64,000 nt of DNA from a virus (IMGVR_UViG_3300035158_000183:1-64000), one strand, 5' to 3'; positions 34,230-45,711 are shown, counted from the stretch's first letter. The notes: a model not told the origin generated them from the sequence alone. Numbers and translations: made by a program.

Positions 34230-36323
34230 ATGAGTCCGAAAATGTCGGAGGCTCTCGGGATAGTTATCTCGACAATTGAAAAACAATTCGGCAAAGGTAC
34301 AGTCCAGCGGCTTACCGATAAGGCATCCGCTGAGCCAGACAACGTCATCCGTAGCGGTTCCATAGCCCTGGATAGTGCTCTGGGGGTAGGTGGCTACCGC
34401 AAGGGAAGGATCGTAGAGCTGTTCGGCCCTGAAATGAGCGGCAAGACCACGCTAGGCCTCCACGCCGTAGTGTGTTGTCAAAAGGCCGGAGGTGTCGCAG
34501 CGTACATAGACGTAGAGCATGCTCTAGACCCGCTATACGCAACCAGTCTGGGTGTCGACCTGGACAGCCTGCTGGTGTCGCAGCCTGATACTGCAGAGCA
34601 GGCTCTACAGATAGCTGATATCATGGCCAGGTCAGGAGAAGTCAGCCTAATCGTGCTCGACTCGGTGGCAGCCCTGGTACCACAGAAGGAACTCGAGGGT
34701 GAGATGGGAGATCAGCATGTGGGGCTACAAGCCAGGCTGATGAGTCAGGCCATGAGGAAGCTGACCGGCTCTCTCAGCAGCTCCAACTGCACCATCATCT
34801 TCACCAACCAGATCAGGATGAAGATAGGCGTCATGTTTGGGTGCTTCTCCTATCGGACCAAGATACATCTAGCAGATGGCACAACAGAAGATATCGGAAA
34901 GATCGTAAATCAAAGACTTCCGCTAGAAGTTCTCTCATACAATGCAGAGACAAAACAAATAGAACCAAAGAAAATTACTAAATGGTTTGACAATGGCACC
35001 ACAAAAGAATACCTGCAAATCAAATCCCAGAGAGCCGTAGGCAATGGAGTTAACTTCATTGAAGTGACACCAAACCATTTGATCTTTACTCCTGAGGAGG
35101 AAAAATTTGCCAAAGACTTATCTGCTGGCCAACAAGTCTTAACTAAAGGTCAGCTCATTCTAAATGAAGATCAAATGCAGCTAGCTATTGGCTCAATTTT
35201 AGGGGATGGCAGCTTAAGAAGCAATGGTATAAACACACAGCTTAGGATAGGGCACGGTCCTAATCAAACAGAATACTGCAAACATAAACAATCATTCTTT
35301 GGAAAGAGTGTTGGTTGGTCAGGCGAAAATTCTAAGGGAGGATGGAGCTTTGACCTACATCCCTCATATGATTTAACAGAAATTTTCGAGGAGTCATACT
35401 CTAAGTCTGGACGAACTATATCACCGAAACTTCTCAAGTTGCTTAGCCTACAATCAGTAGCAGTATGGTACATGGATGACGGCACATTCAGTGGCCACTA
35501 TAAAAGATGGGGCAACGGCAAAAGTTCTATTAGTGTAAAAAAATATTCCTGGGAAGATATCGCCAAACTAACTGATAGGCTTGTAGAACTTGGCTTGCCA
35601 GAACCTAGAGTAGATAAACACAAAAGACTAACCTGGCATGGGGAGGCCAGTTATAGGTTTCAAAAGATGCTTGCGCCGAATATCTTTTCCAGCATGAAAT
35701 ACAAGATTCATCCATCTCTAAGAGAGACACCAGAAGAAGAAAGACAAATATTCCAAACACATACAGAGAGCAAGCTTATTTTGGTCCCAACAACGATTAC
35801 TGATATTCAAGCCATAACAAAACATGGAAAGAAGTTTGATATTGAAGTAGAAGGTAATCACAATTACTTTGCTGGGGGGATGCTAGTACACAACTCCCCG
35901 GAGGTAACCAGTGGTGGCAACGCCCTGAAATTCTATGCCAGCCAGAGATTGGACATCAGGCGGATTGGCCAGATTAAGGACAAGGACAAGGTCCTAGGCA
36001 ATCGGACCAGGGTGAAGGTCGTGAAGAACAAGCTGGCCCCGCCGTTCAAAGAAGCAGAGTTCGACATCCGCTTCGGCATCGGTGTCGACCAGGTAGCCGA
36101 GATATTGGATATTGGCGTAGATGACGGAATTATTGAGAAGTCAGGTGCCTGGTATAGTTACAAGGATAACAAGATAGCTCAAGGGAAAGAAAATGCTGCC
36201 CAGTATCTCAGGGATAACCCGGACATCCAGAAGGAGATACACCAGCAGCTAATGGAACTGAGAGGTCTAGAATGTGCGACAAAGACAAGTGGGGACCAGG
36301 AATCGAGCGAATCAGAGAGCTAA
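34230..36323 (+). CDS. recA: RecA recombinase with intein
   Basis: [46 protein letters not shown]. Confidence 0.96.
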   Translation: MSPKMSEALGIVISTIEKQFGKGTVQRLTDKASAEPDNVIRSGSIALDSALGVGGYRKGRIVELFGPEMSGKTTLGLHAVVCCQKAGGVAAYIDVEHALDPLYATSLGVDLDSLLVSQPDTAEQALQIADIMARSGEVSLIVLDSVAALVPQKELEGEMGDQHVGLQARLMSQAMRKLTGSLSSSNCTIIFTNQIRMKIGVMFGCFSYRTKIHLADGTTEDIGKIVNQRLPLEVLSYNAETKQIEPKKITKWFDNGTTKEYLQIKSQRAVGNGVNFIEVTPNHLIFTPEEEKFAKDLSAGQQVLTKGQLILNEDQMQLAIGSILGDGSLRSNGINTQLRIGHGPNQTEYCKHKQSFFGKSVGWSGENSKGGWSFDLHPSYDLTEIFEESYSKSGRTISPKLLKLLSLQSVAVWYMDDGTFSGHYKRWGNGKSSISVKKYSWEDIAKLTDRLVELGLPEPRVDKHKRLTWHGEASYRFQKMLAPNIFSSMKYKIHPSLRETPEEERQIFQTHTESKLILVPTTITDIQAITKHGKKFDIEVEGNHNYFAGGMLVHNSPEVTSGGNALKFYASQRLDIRRIGQIKDKDKVLGNRTRVKVVKNKLAPPFKEAEFDIRFGIGVDQVAEILDIGVDDGIIEKSGAWYSYKDNKIAQGKENAAQYLRDNPDIQKEIHQQLMELRGLECATKTSGDQESSESES
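34842..35894 (+). mobile_element. Intein in RecA with LAGLIDADG endonuclease (351 aa)
   Basis: GVMFG|CFSY...VTPNH...IGSILGDG...WYMDDG...MLVHN|SPE. Confidence 0.93.
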
Positions 36324-36700
36324 TCAGCACAGTACCATCCTACACTAAAGACGACATAGGCTACGTGGTGGGCCAGATGATGGACGAGGTCGACCGCATG
36401 GAGACAGACCTGACTCCTCAGCCTATGGAAGAGATGGAAGAGCTGTATGTGTGTCCAGACTGTGGCTGCCCAGACATTGAAGGTACTACGTACATCCATC
36501 TGAACACGGAGAGGATTGTCGGTAGTGAACCACCACGGGACACCTACTGGTGTCCTTGCTGCGAAGAGGAGACCAAGCAGCTGTGCTTGGTTGGGAAAGA
36601 AACAGGAAAGTGCTGCTTCAGTGGGTGCGACAATGTTGTGAAGCCCAATTTCAAGTGGCAAGAGGAAACAGAAGATGGACAAGATAGTACTAGCGGTTGA
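36272..36700 (+). CDS. Cys-rich hypothetical protein
   Basis: CPDC, WCPCC. Confidence 0.55.
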   Translation: MCDKDKWGPGIERIRELISTVPSYTKDDIGYVVGQMMDEVDRMETDLTPQPMEEMEELYVCPDCGCPDIEGTTYIHLNTERIVGSEPPRDTYWCPCCEEETKQLCLVGKETGKCCFSGCDNVVKPNFKWQEETEDGQDSTSG

Positions 36701-37376
36701 GAAATCCGTCAACAGTAAAACAGGGCCGGTATCGGCCACCTATGCACCGATCCAGTCATGCCCAGCAACATGCCCATTCCTGGACCATGGGTGCTATGCA
36801 CAGCATGGGAACTGTGGAATCCATCTGCGGAAGCTGAACAGGAATGCAGCCAAGCAGAATAAGACCAGGGCTGTGGACATCGCCCGGGAAGAAGCCAGGG
36901 CCATCAGGGAGCTAAAGGGCGACCTGCCATTGAGGCTACATATTGTTGGTGACTGCAAGACCCCGCAGGCGGCTGAGATCGTAGCCCGCGCTTGCGAGGA
37001 CTACACCAAGAAGCAGGGCAAGAAGGTCTGGACTTATACCCACGCCTGGAAATCAATTCCCAGGGAGAAGTGGGGCGACATCTCTGTACTCGCTAGCTGT
37101 GAGAAGATGGAAGACGCACACCAAGCTATGCAGAGAGGATACGCTGCGTCTATGGTACGGCTGAAGCCGTTCAAGCAGTCATTCATGTATAAGGGCGTGA
37201 AGATGACACCCTGCCCTGAAATGGTAGCCGACATTCCCTGTAACCAGTGTGGCATGTGCCTGAATGACACCAAGCTCAAGGATCGCAAGAGAGTGATCTG
37301 CTTCTTCCCTCATGGGAGCGGCGCCAACCATGCCAGGACTGCAATCACATCACATGTATATATACCCAAGAACTAA
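36675..37376 (+). CDS. Phage Gp88-like Cys-rich protein
   Basis: NSKTG, SCPATCP..GCYA, LRLHIVGD, WTYTH, C-terminal CP..C..C..C..H. Confidence 0.6.
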   Translation: MDKIVLAVEKSVNSKTGPVSATYAPIQSCPATCPFLDHGCYAQHGNCGIHLRKLNRNAAKQNKTRAVDIAREEARAIRELKGDLPLRLHIVGDCKTPQAAEIVARACEDYTKKQGKKVWTYTHAWKSIPREKWGDISVLASCEKMEDAHQAMQRGYAASMVRLKPFKQSFMYKGVKMTPCPEMVADIPCNQCGMCLNDTKLKDRKRVICFFPHGSGANHARTAITSHVYIPKN

Positions 37377-37415
37377 GAAAGATACCATGACAGAATGACC
37401 TAGAGGAGAAACAAG

Positions 37416-37649
37416 ATGAAGGTAAGGGAACTTAGGGCAGTACTGGACAAGGCGCCTGACGACATGGAGGTCTTCCTGTCCGCCGATGAGGGAGGGAATG
37501 CGTTCCACGGCCTCAGCTCCTGGGGAACTATGGTCTACGACAAGACTGATCGCCCATACTATATTGACATGTACTGTGAGGAGGAGCTGAATGAGGATTA
37601 TGGGCCCAGTGAAGAGAACCGGGTCACCGGCTTGGTCCTGTGGCCATAG
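37416..37649 (+). CDS. Hypothetical phage protein
   Basis: MKVRELR...SADEGGNAF...LVLWP; GAGGAG SD. Confidence 0.65.
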   Translation: MKVRELRAVLDKAPDDMEVFLSADEGGNAFHGLSSWGTMVYDKTDRPYYIDMYCEEELNEDYGPSEENRVTGLVLWP

Positions 37650-37657
37650 GAGTAGCC

Positions 37658-38302
37658 ATGAAGCCAGAGAATTACAAGCAAGTCATGAAGGCTAAGACCT
37701 ATGAGCAGTTCGAGGAACCATTCTGGAAAGGCTGCTCCAAGTGCAGCTTATCTGATCACAAGATCCCGCCGATCCTGTGGAGAGGTAATCCTGAAGCCAA
37801 GATGATGCTGATTGGTGAGGCGCCAGGGAAAGTAGAGCAGGAAGAGCACATGCCATTCGTAGGCCCGGCTGGCCTGCTACTGGACAAGATTATGTCAGCC
37901 ATCGGACTTGACACAGAACAAGATATGCTCATAACGAACGTGGTGTACTGCCGACCGACCGCCCCGGCGAACTCTGGCAAGCAGAACTACACTCCCAAGG
38001 CAGAGCAGATTACAAGGTGCTGGCCATTCACTGAGAAGGCCATAGAAGCCCTGGATCCTAGTGTGATCATAGCCTGTGGCAGGACTGCCCTCTGCGCACT
38101 CATGGAGGACAACACCATGAAGATTGGGCAATGGGAGGGGAAGTGGCTAACTCACAAGACAGGCCGCAAGGTATTCGCAATCACGCATCCTGCAGCAGTA
38201 CTTCACAAGGCTCCGTGGCCACAGGAGCAGCGCAAGATGAAGGAGAAGATTTGGGGTTATATGCAACATTTTAGAGATACATGGAAGAGCAAGTTACGAT
38301 GA
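37658..38302 (+). CDS. Uracil-DNA glycosylase family 4
   Basis: CSKC, IGEAPG..E....PFVGPAG, TNVVYCRP, THPA. Confidence 0.9.
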   Translation: MKPENYKQVMKAKTYEQFEEPFWKGCSKCSLSDHKIPPILWRGNPEAKMMLIGEAPGKVEQEEHMPFVGPAGLLLDKIMSAIGLDTEQDMLITNVVYCRPTAPANSGKQNYTPKAEQITRCWPFTEKAIEALDPSVIIACGRTALCALMEDNTMKIGQWEGKWLTHKTGRKVFAITHPAAVLHKAPWPQEQRKMKEKIWGYMQHFRDTWKSKLR

Positions 38303-38489
38303 GAACCTGGTTCTTAATTCTGCTGCTCTGCTTTCTAATAGCATTATGCTCACTGATCGAGTATGCAATTGTAGGCATTGTAATCTGTTGTCTGATACTT
38401 GCCTACAGGCTGCAGCAATGGGTGCGAAAGATCGGTTGCAAACGCACCCCAGATGATGATATAACGGATCATACTACTTATGAGGAGAT

Positions 38490-38687
38490 GTGATCGCGTT
38501 GAAGATTTTGATTCCGCTGTTAATCAGCTTATTCCTGTGTGGATGCGGAAGCGAAGCCGTACAAGCCGCCCAGATGCGCTGGCCTGGCTGCGAGATAAAG
38601 GAAGTAAGAAAACTGAGTTATGCTGTGAAGTTAGAAGTCAGGTGTCCCAATAGAAAGCCATTTACCACAACGTACAGGAGAAGGTAA
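38490..38687 (+). CDS. Small lipoprotein-like protein
   Basis: Hydrophobic N-terminus with LCGC lipobox. Confidence 0.45.
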   Translation: MIALKILIPLLISLFLCGCGSEAVQAAQMRWPGCEIKEVRKLSYAVKLEVRCPNRKPFTTTYRRR

Positions 38688-39307
38688 TGCCCGAGCAAGT
38701 GTTGGTGTTTGATGAAGCCAAGATGGAGGGGTTTAAGAATCTGCCAGGATTCTCAGCAGATGGACATGATATCGCATGGTTACGCCATGAGTGTCTATCC
38801 GCAAGCTACTTTGTCAACCGTAAGGTAGCAGAGAAGGATCCTACTAAGAAGCAGATTATCCCCTACATCCTGATCGGCCGAGGCAATAAGATACTAACGT
38901 ACCTGAGGTCTAAGAAATCAGGCGAGGAGAGACTGCATGATCTGTGGTCCGTTGGGATAGGCGGGCACGTTAATATCACAGACCAAACGGCATACAACTC
39001 GGCGTTCGTCACACTATCAGCAGCAATCGGCAGAGAGCTAGAAGAGGAATTGGACTGGGGCAACATGCTTGACTGCACCGTGAATAATATTGAAGAAGTA
39101 GGCGTCCTGTACGACCCGTCGAACGAGGTCGGGCAGGTCCACATAGGCTACGTTATGACCATAGACTTGCCTGCTGACGGCTCGGAGTTCCCGAAACCAC
39201 ATGAGGATACTATCGAGCAGTCCGCCTGGTACACAGCAGAAGAGGCCAGTAAGCTAGCAAATTTGGAGAGTTGGTCCAAGATAATCTTAGGGTCTATGGC
39301 CAAGTAG
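38687..39307 (+). CDS. Nudix-family phosphoesterase
   Basis: AEKDPTKKQIIPY, GEERLH..SVGIGGHVN, RELEEEL, VGQVHIG, LESWS. Confidence 0.85.
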   Translation: MPEQVLVFDEAKMEGFKNLPGFSADGHDIAWLRHECLSASYFVNRKVAEKDPTKKQIIPYILIGRGNKILTYLRSKKSGEERLHDLWSVGIGGHVNITDQTAYNSAFVTLSAAIGRELEEELDWGNMLDCTVNNIEEVGVLYDPSNEVGQVHIGYVMTIDLPADGSEFPKPHEDTIEQSAWYTAEEASKLANLESWSKIILGSMAK

Positions 39308-39308
39308 C

Positions 39309-42300
39309 ATGAGTAAATTCATACACCTACATACCCATTCAGATTACTCCCCCCTGGACGGGGTCCAGAGTGTCACTCAAATTGCTGAGAAGGCTGCTAA
39401 GTTAGGCATGCATGCCGTTGCTCTGACTGACCACGGCAAGTGTGCTGGTCTGCTACAGTTTAAGAAAGCCTGCGAGGAAAACAAGGTCAAGCCCATATAC
39501 GGCCTAGAGGCTTTCATCTCTCCTAGGGAACACACCCTGAGAGCTAAGGTGGATGAGCATAAGACCTCCTATCACCTGACTCTCCTAGCTAAGAATACGG
39601 CAGGTCTCAGGAACCTCTTCAGGCTGTCCTCAATCGGCTGGAAGGAAGGATTCTACTACAAGCCCAGAGTGGATGTAGAGACGCTCAGAAAGCACTCTGA
39701 AGGCCTTGCGGCACTCTCTGGGTGCGGGTCAGGCCGAGTAGCTATGATGCTAATGTGGGGACGGGCCGAATCTGCCTTGAGACATGCCAGAGAACTACAG
39801 AGTATCTGGAAGGATGACTTCTATATTGAGGTTCAGAACCACGGACTGGACTGGCAGATACCTCTGAAGAGTATGCTATTCGAGCTGGCCCAGACTGTAG
39901 ACATACCGCCAGTCATCACCCAAGACTCTCACTACTCTGATAGGGAAGATGCAGACCTGCATAGGGCCATATGTAAGATGCTAGCGGGAGATCTAGAATT
40001 CGTTGGCAGTGACCTGTATTTCAAGAGCTACGATGAAATGTGTAAGATGTTCGAACCGGAAGAATATCCTGCACTTGACACTACCAAGGAAATAGCTGAT
40101 AAGTGTAACTGCAACTGGGAGTATAACCGAACTATATGGCCAGTGTTTGATCTGCCGGAGGGAAAGACAGCCGATGACGAACTCAGGGACAAGACACACG
40201 CAGGATTTCATAACAGATTTGGAGAGGGTACAGAAGAGTATCGACAGAGAGTTGAATACGAACTCCGAACTATCGAGAAGATGGGTTTCGCAACTTACTT
40301 CCTGGTCGTTGCAGATTTCATTGATTATGCAAAGTCTCAAGGCATCCCGGTTGGACCTGGCCGAGGATCAGGGGCTGGATCGCTTGTCTGCTACTGTCTG
40401 CGGATTACCGAGATAGATCCTATCAAATATGGTCTGTATTTTGAGAGATTTCTGAACCCTAACAGGGTCAGTCTGCCTGACTTGGACATTGACTTCTGCA
40501 AGCAGCGGAGGGACGAGGTAATCCAGTATGTCAGGGACAAGTACGGTGAAGACAAGGTCGCACAGATCGGCACGTTCGCAGCGTTCAAACCTAGAGGGAG
40601 CCTGCGGAGCTTCGCCAGGGTGCTAGGTCACCCGGTTAGTGTAGGAGACAAGCTAGCTGGTATGGTTCCGCCAGACGTAGCCGGTAAGTCTCTCACATGG
40701 GAGGAAGTCATTGAGGCTGTTCCAGACCTGGAGGCTACGGATTATCCCGTTGTGGTGGAATCCGCCCAGAAAGCTGAAGGCCTGAAGAGCCAAGCTGGGG
40801 TCCACGCAGCTGGTGTAGTAATCGCTGATAGCGAACTGATGTCGCAGGTACCGCTGTTCCTGGGCAAGGGCAACGAGGTGGCCACTCAGTTCGATATGCA
40901 TGACGTGGAGGACATCGGCCTAGTCAAGTATGACTTCCTAGCACTGAAGAATCTCACTGTAATTGATATGACAGTTAAGCTGGCCAAGGATATACAGGGG
41001 ATCGATATAGATATCAATAATATAGATGAACACGACGAGGAAGTGTTCAAGAATGTTTTTCAGAAGGGAAGACTGGATGGAGTATTTCAGTTTGAGACTT
41101 CATCAGGCTTTAGAGATCTCTGCGTCAAGGTCAAGCCACAATCTATCGACGACCTTGCAGTTATCACTGCCCTGTTCCGTCCAGGACCGCTTGGGACCGG
41201 CCTGGTCAACAGATATGTCGAAGGTCGAGGTGGTGGAGAGGTTGAATACCTCACGCCTGAACTCGAACCCATGCTGGCCACAACCTACGGAGTTATGTGC
41301 TTGCCGAAGGGGACCCAGATAGAAACGCCGCATGGTATCATGCCTATCGAGGATATTATACCCGGACAGGTTATTTATGCATCAGATGGACATAGAATCT
41401 GGGGAGCAGAGGTAGCACGGAGCCACTCTAGCATCAAACGTACCCTAACATTTACGTTATCAGATGGCAGGACAATCACATCTTCTGGTGACCATGCATG
41501 GCTAACTGCAGACGGGGACCGTCAGGCAATTGAGCTTGTCAAGCGTACGGGCAACCGACTTTCTGGTCCAGCCGAGCGATCTGGCTCGGTGCTGTTTAGT
41601 AGATGGCCAACAGATATTGGGAGCGGGTCGGTCGATCTAAAAAGCCAGGCCTACATCCTGGGACTGCTGATCGGCGACGGCGAGCTGAAGCCCGGGACTA
41701 AAGTCATAACCTGCGGCACGGAAGAACAGGCCAAGTGGGTCGCAAAGCAAATGGCTACTGTGTTTGGTGGAGAACCCAAGTGGTATCAAAATACCCGGGC
41801 ATGGTATGCATACGTCAAGTTCAATACAGCACCCAACAGATCTCCGCTAACGGAGTTCCTAGATTCAGCGTTTGGGAAGGACCAGTGGATCAGTAAATCT
41901 GGCACCAAACGACTTCCACGGGACTTCCTTGACTACAGCTACCAGACCAGCATAGAGCTGGTAAGAGGATTATGGGATGCCGACGGGCACTACGGGCACA
42001 GACTAATATATTACCGCTCAATATCCATAGGGCTATTAGAAGACATTAGAGACCTGCTAGCATCGTTAAGAATTTCTTCAGTAGTTAGAAACAATTACTT
42101 GTATGTAGTAGATCGGCATGCATTCTGCCACAAGATAACTCCTAAACTTCCAGGGAAGTTGTTCCGCTGCCAGCCTGACTGGTCTTACTATCCCGCAGTG
42201 CCGACAAAGGTGTTGCGGGCAGCTTTGGATGAGAGAGAACTCAAGTACGAAAAGCCTGAGCACAAGAAACAGCTACAGCGCCGGCTTCGTGGGGCAGGGA

Positions 42301-43883
42301 TGTACAGACCTCAGGGGAACGGATCATACGTATGGAGTATACAAGGATTCCCTGAAGCCTACCAACAGGCTTATTCTCAGGCCTACCAGCAGGCCACCAG
42401 ACCAGTACATATTGAGGATATACAACATGGGGCTGAAGAGCCGTGCTATGACCTAGAAATGGCAGACCAGAATCATCCATATTTTATCGCCGACGGAGTC
42501 GTAACACATAACTGCTTCCAGGAGCAGATCATGCGGATATGTACCGATGTCGCAGGGTACACGCTCCCAGAAGCCGATAACATGCGGAAGATTATAGGTA
42601 AGAAGCTGCCAGAGAAGATGAAGCTGGAGCGGGAGAAGTTCACTGACGGTTGCATTAACAACAGTATTGAGAGCAAGGTGGCGACACAACTGTTCGATGA
42701 CATTGAGGGATTTGCTAAGTACAGCTTCAACAAGTCTCACAGCGTGGCATACTCAGTGATCTCATATCAGACGGCGTGGCTGAGGCACCATTACCCACAC
42801 GAGTTTTACGTGGCCCTGCTGAACACATCGCTACATGACCAGGATGACATGGTTAAGTACATCCACGCATGTAAGGAAGACGAGATTCCAATCCAGCCGC
42901 CTGACGTCAACAGGTCGGATGCAGCGTTCACCCTAGACCAGGGTGCTATATTGTTTGGTTTGGCCGGGGTTAAGGGCCTAGGAGAGAGGGCCTGTCAGGA
43001 CCTGGTGGAGAGGCGCCCTAAGGATGGCTTCAAATCCTTAGAGGAGATGGTAGCACTCGGTGTGAACAAGGGTACTATCAGAGCACTAGTGATGGCCGGC
43101 GCCATTGGAGAGATCAGTGAGGTGCCAAGGAAACATTTGGTACATAGTTTTGAGGAGATACATAAACATTATCAGAAGCTTGTGAAGTGGCACGAACGTA
43201 ATGAAAGGATTGCAGCAAGGGAGCGTGAGATCAAGGAGGCCGTGGAGGCAGGGAACCAGCCACCCCGTCGTCTCCCCAAGAATATTGATAAGCCTGAGAT
43301 GCCGGAAATGGATGAGACCCTAGAGTTCACTAAGCAGGACAGGCTCAGCCTGGAGCGCCAGACCCTGGGGTTCTACCTGACTGGCCATCCCATGGATGAC
43401 TTTCCCGGATTGACCAGGATGTCACAATACAGCGTGCTGGACCTCAAAGAAGGCAAAACTGAGGACCAGGAATCTATTAACCTACCAGCTGTGGTGGGCA
43501 GCGTGACAGAGAGGAGAACCAGGAGCGGCCATAACATGGCAGTCCTCATGGTGGAGGACAAGAGTGGCCGAATGGAAGCCACGATATTCCCCAAGCAATG
43601 GAAGCGGCTGAAAGGACATATTGACGAGGATACAGTCAACATCATTAAGGGGAACATTAAACTGACACAGGCAGACAGTGCCGAAGCGCCCCCTATGGTC
43701 CGGATCGTGGTGAATCAGGTCGATAGGGTTGAGGGCGATGCTAGAGTAGATATGGGCCCTGTAGAGGTTGGGCTCCAGGATGGTACACGGGTGAAGTTTA
43801 TTCCGCCCGAGTGGCAGAACTACTCACTGTGGCAACAAGCCGTAGCACTCGCCAACAATATACAAAGGATGGGAAAAATATGA
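39309..43883 (+). CDS. dnaE: DNA polymerase III alpha subunit (family C) with intein
   Basis: PHP HLHTHSDYS, GPGRGSGAGS, PDLDIDF, HAAGVV, KYDFL, FNKSHS, OB fold. Confidence 0.96.
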   Translation: MSKFIHLHTHSDYSPLDGVQSVTQIAEKAAKLGMHAVALTDHGKCAGLLQFKKACEENKVKPIYGLEAFISPREHTLRAKVDEHKTSYHLTLLAKNTAGLRNLFRLSSIGWKEGFYYKPRVDVETLRKHSEGLAALSGCGSGRVAMMLMWGRAESALRHARELQSIWKDDFYIEVQNHGLDWQIPLKSMLFELAQTVDIPPVITQDSHYSDREDADLHRAICKMLAGDLEFVGSDLYFKSYDEMCKMFEPEEYPALDTTKEIADKCNCNWEYNRTIWPVFDLPEGKTADDELRDKTHAGFHNRFGEGTEEYRQRVEYELRTIEKMGFATYFLVVADFIDYAKSQGIPVGPGRGSGAGSLVCYCLRITEIDPIKYGLYFERFLNPNRVSLPDLDIDFCKQRRDEVIQYVRDKYGEDKVAQIGTFAAFKPRGSLRSFARVLGHPVSVGDKLAGMVPPDVAGKSLTWEEVIEAVPDLEATDYPVVVESAQKAEGLKSQAGVHAAGVVIADSELMSQVPLFLGKGNEVATQFDMHDVEDIGLVKYDFLALKNLTVIDMTVKLAKDIQGIDIDINNIDEHDEEVFKNVFQKGRLDGVFQFETSSGFRDLCVKVKPQSIDDLAVITALFRPGPLGTGLVNRYVEGRGGGEVEYLTPELEPMLATTYGVMCLPKGTQIETPHGIMPIEDIIPGQVIYASDGHRIWGAEVARSHSSIKRTLTFTLSDGRTITSSGDHAWLTADGDRQAIELVKRTGNRLSGPAERSGSVLFSRWPTDIGSGSVDLKSQAYILGLLIGDGELKPGTKVITCGTEEQAKWVAKQMATVFGGEPKWYQNTRAWYAYVKFNTAPNRSPLTEFLDSAFGKDQWISKSGTKRLPRDFLDYSYQTSIELVRGLWDADGHYGHRLIYYRSISIGLLEDIRDLLASLRISSVVRNNYLYVVDRHAFCHKITPKLPGKLFRCQPDWSYYPAVPTKVLRAALDERELKYEKPEHKKQLQRRLRGAGMYRPQGNGSYVWSIQGFPEAYQQAYSQAYQQATRPVHIEDIQHGAEEPCYDLEMADQNHPYFIADGVVTHNCFQEQIMRICTDVAGYTLPEADNMRKIIGKKLPEKMKLEREKFTDGCINNSIESKVATQLFDDIEGFAKYSFNKSHSVAYSVISYQTAWLRHHYPHEFYVALLNTSLHDQDDMVKYIHACKEDEIPIQPPDVNRSDAAFTLDQGAILFGLAGVKGLGERACQDLVERRPKDGFKSLEEMVALGVNKGTIRALVMAGAIGEISEVPRKHLVHSFEEIHKHYQKLVKWHERNERIAAREREIKEAVEAGNQPPRRLPKNIDKPEMPEMDETLEFTKQDRLSLERQTLGFYLTGHPMDDFPGLTRMSQYSVLDLKEGKTEDQESINLPAVVGSVTERRTRSGHNMAVLMVEDKSGRMEATIFPKQWKRLKGHIDEDTVNIIKGNIKLTQADSAEAPPMVRIVVNQVDRVEGDARVDMGPVEVGLQDGTRVKFIPPEWQNYSLWQQAVALANNIQRMGKI
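41298..42512 (+). mobile_element. Intein in DnaE with LAGLIDADG endonuclease (405 aa)
   Basis: TYGVM|CLPKGT...SGDH...LGLLIGDG...RGLWDADG...DGVVTHN|CFQEQ. Confidence 0.93.
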
Positions 43884-44971
43884 GTCTACACTGGACAGAC
43901 GAAGAGAAGCAGATCGTACTAGAGATGGCCGGCGAAAAGTTGGCCCGGGAGATCGCAGAAGAGCTAGCTAAGCGTGGCTATCCAGAACGCAGCGCACCAG
44001 CTGTGCGTGGAGTCATCAGGCGATGCAAGAGGCAAAGTCCTGGAACTCGTACCGAGGAACGCCCTGAAGCGAAAACAGTACCTACAAAGTACCAGCAGGC
44101 CCTTGACGACATGGCCCGGCTCAGGGCTCACGCTCTGGAGAAGGTGACGGACTACACAGAGATCATTGGCAATCCGCAGGATGCCAACATTAAGATCCTG
44201 TCTATATCTGATGCACACATCCCGTTCTACCACGATGGGGTGATCCAGGAGGCTGTGAGTAAGCACTCGGATGCTGATGTGCTGGTACTAAACGGTGACA
44301 TAATGGAGTTGTACGCAGTCTCCAAGTGGCCCAAGAACAAGCAGGTTGTCCTCAAGCACGAGTACAAAATAGCCATGGCATGGCTGAAGAAGTTGGCCGA
44401 TATCTTCCCGAAGGTAGTCCTAACCAAGGGAAATCACGAACACAGGCTTCAGAGCTACTTCCAATCCAATATCGACCCTGTCGTGAGCTTTATGACAGAG
44501 CCGGACATTCTACAACGACTGGCCAATGGCTATGACTTCAATAAATACGATGAGTTAGAGAAGACGTATGACCTGCCTAATGTGTATTACCGGAAAGGTC
44601 TTACTAGCTGGTTCGCTCAGGTCGGCAAGGTCATCTTTGCTCACCCCACAGGTGGTAGTGGTATTCCTATGAGAACAGCTATCAATGCAGCCGGTTGGTT
44701 CGAGGCTAGAGACTACGACTTCGAGTGTGTGGTGATTGGGCACACCCACCAGATGGGCTCAATTATCTGGAATCACAAGCTTTTAATAGAGCAGGGCTGT
44801 GCTTGTGTGCCGCTGGAGTATGAGTCCACTAGTAGGATGGGGTACAGACCGCAATCTTACGGCTATGCTGTAATTTACGTAGATGAGGGAGGCCATGTGG
44901 ACTTCGGCAAGTCAGGTCCTGTATACTATGGGACTGGCTGCATCACCCCCAACGACGTACTAGACGTCTAG
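43880..44971 (+). CDS. Calcineurin-like metallophosphoesterase with N-terminal HTH
   Basis: SDAH, NGD, GNHE, AH, GHTH; N-terminal WTDEEKQ..REIAEEL..RS. Confidence 0.85.
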   Translation: MSLHWTDEEKQIVLEMAGEKLAREIAEELAKRGYPERSAPAVRGVIRRCKRQSPGTRTEERPEAKTVPTKYQQALDDMARLRAHALEKVTDYTEIIGNPQDANIKILSISDAHIPFYHDGVIQEAVSKHSDADVLVLNGDIMELYAVSKWPKNKQVVLKHEYKIAMAWLKKLADIFPKVVLTKGNHEHRLQSYFQSNIDPVVSFMTEPDILQRLANGYDFNKYDELEKTYDLPNVYYRKGLTSWFAQVGKVIFAHPTGGSGIPMRTAINAAGWFEARDYDFECVVIGHTHQMGSIIWNHKLLIEQGCACVPLEYESTSRMGYRPQSYGYAVIYVDEGGHVDFGKSGPVYYGTGCITPNDVLDV

Positions 44972-44977
44972 GAGAAT

Positions 44978-45454
44978 ATGATGGACGACCAAGAACAGAA
45001 ACAACATGTCCAGGAAGTTATTAACAAAATGCTACAGGATGCCTCACCGGCAGGTAACATGGGCGGCGCGGAGGCTGCCATGGGAATGATCCAGCATCTT
45101 GAGCGAGGGCTGATGGAAATAGCCCATAGTAACCAGATGCTCGCCCAGGGTCTTGACTTTGCACGTCTCACGATACAAATGTTACAGAGAGTCCTAGTAG
45201 ATGCTGATATCGTAAGTAAGGAAGACTTAGAGCAACGCTATGAGAACGAGGTCAAGAGACCGATGGCAGAGGCACAGGAACAGATCAAGGAACAGATGAA
45301 GGCTGCGATAGCTGCCCAACAGCAAGCTGCCGCCAAGAGCACAGAGCCCACACAGGAACCAAACCCCGACCTTGCTGCACCAGCCGGAGACGATGGGTTC
45401 CAGCTGCCCAGCGAGAAGTTCGGAGGCCCCAAGGTCTTCGGCAAGAAGGAATAG
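44978..45454 (+). CDS. Hypothetical protein
   Basis: AGGAG SD; coiled coil. Confidence 0.6.
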   Translation: MMDDQEQKQHVQEVINKMLQDASPAGNMGGAEAAMGMIQHLERGLMEIAHSNQMLAQGLDFARLTIQMLQRVLVDADIVSKEDLEQRYENEVKRPMAEAQEQIKEQMKAAIAAQQQAAAKSTEPTQEPNPDLAAPAGDDGFQLPSEKFGGPKVFGKKE

Positions 45455-45711
45455 CATGAGCAAGAAACTCCTCGAGCCCCTATCAGCCCGCAGTAAGGTG
45501 ACAAGGGGCCCGGCTAAACTGGGAAGAGAGATCCTTAAGAAGCGTGGAACCGCACTGGTTATCTACAACAACAAGACGTGGTGCGTCGGGAGTTTATTAG
45601 AGGCTTTAGCCATAGAGGTGGCAGAGTTAAGAAAGAAACAGTGTAAGCCCTCGGTTAAGTGTTTGTTCGAGGGGCAGCAGTACTTGGACAACAAGTACCT
45701 AGGACAATCGG

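Noticed and set aside
38299-38687. Membrane protein plus lipoprotein as a spanin pair
   Set aside because: The first ORF lacks a long periplasmic coiled coil and the pair is far from the lysin genes
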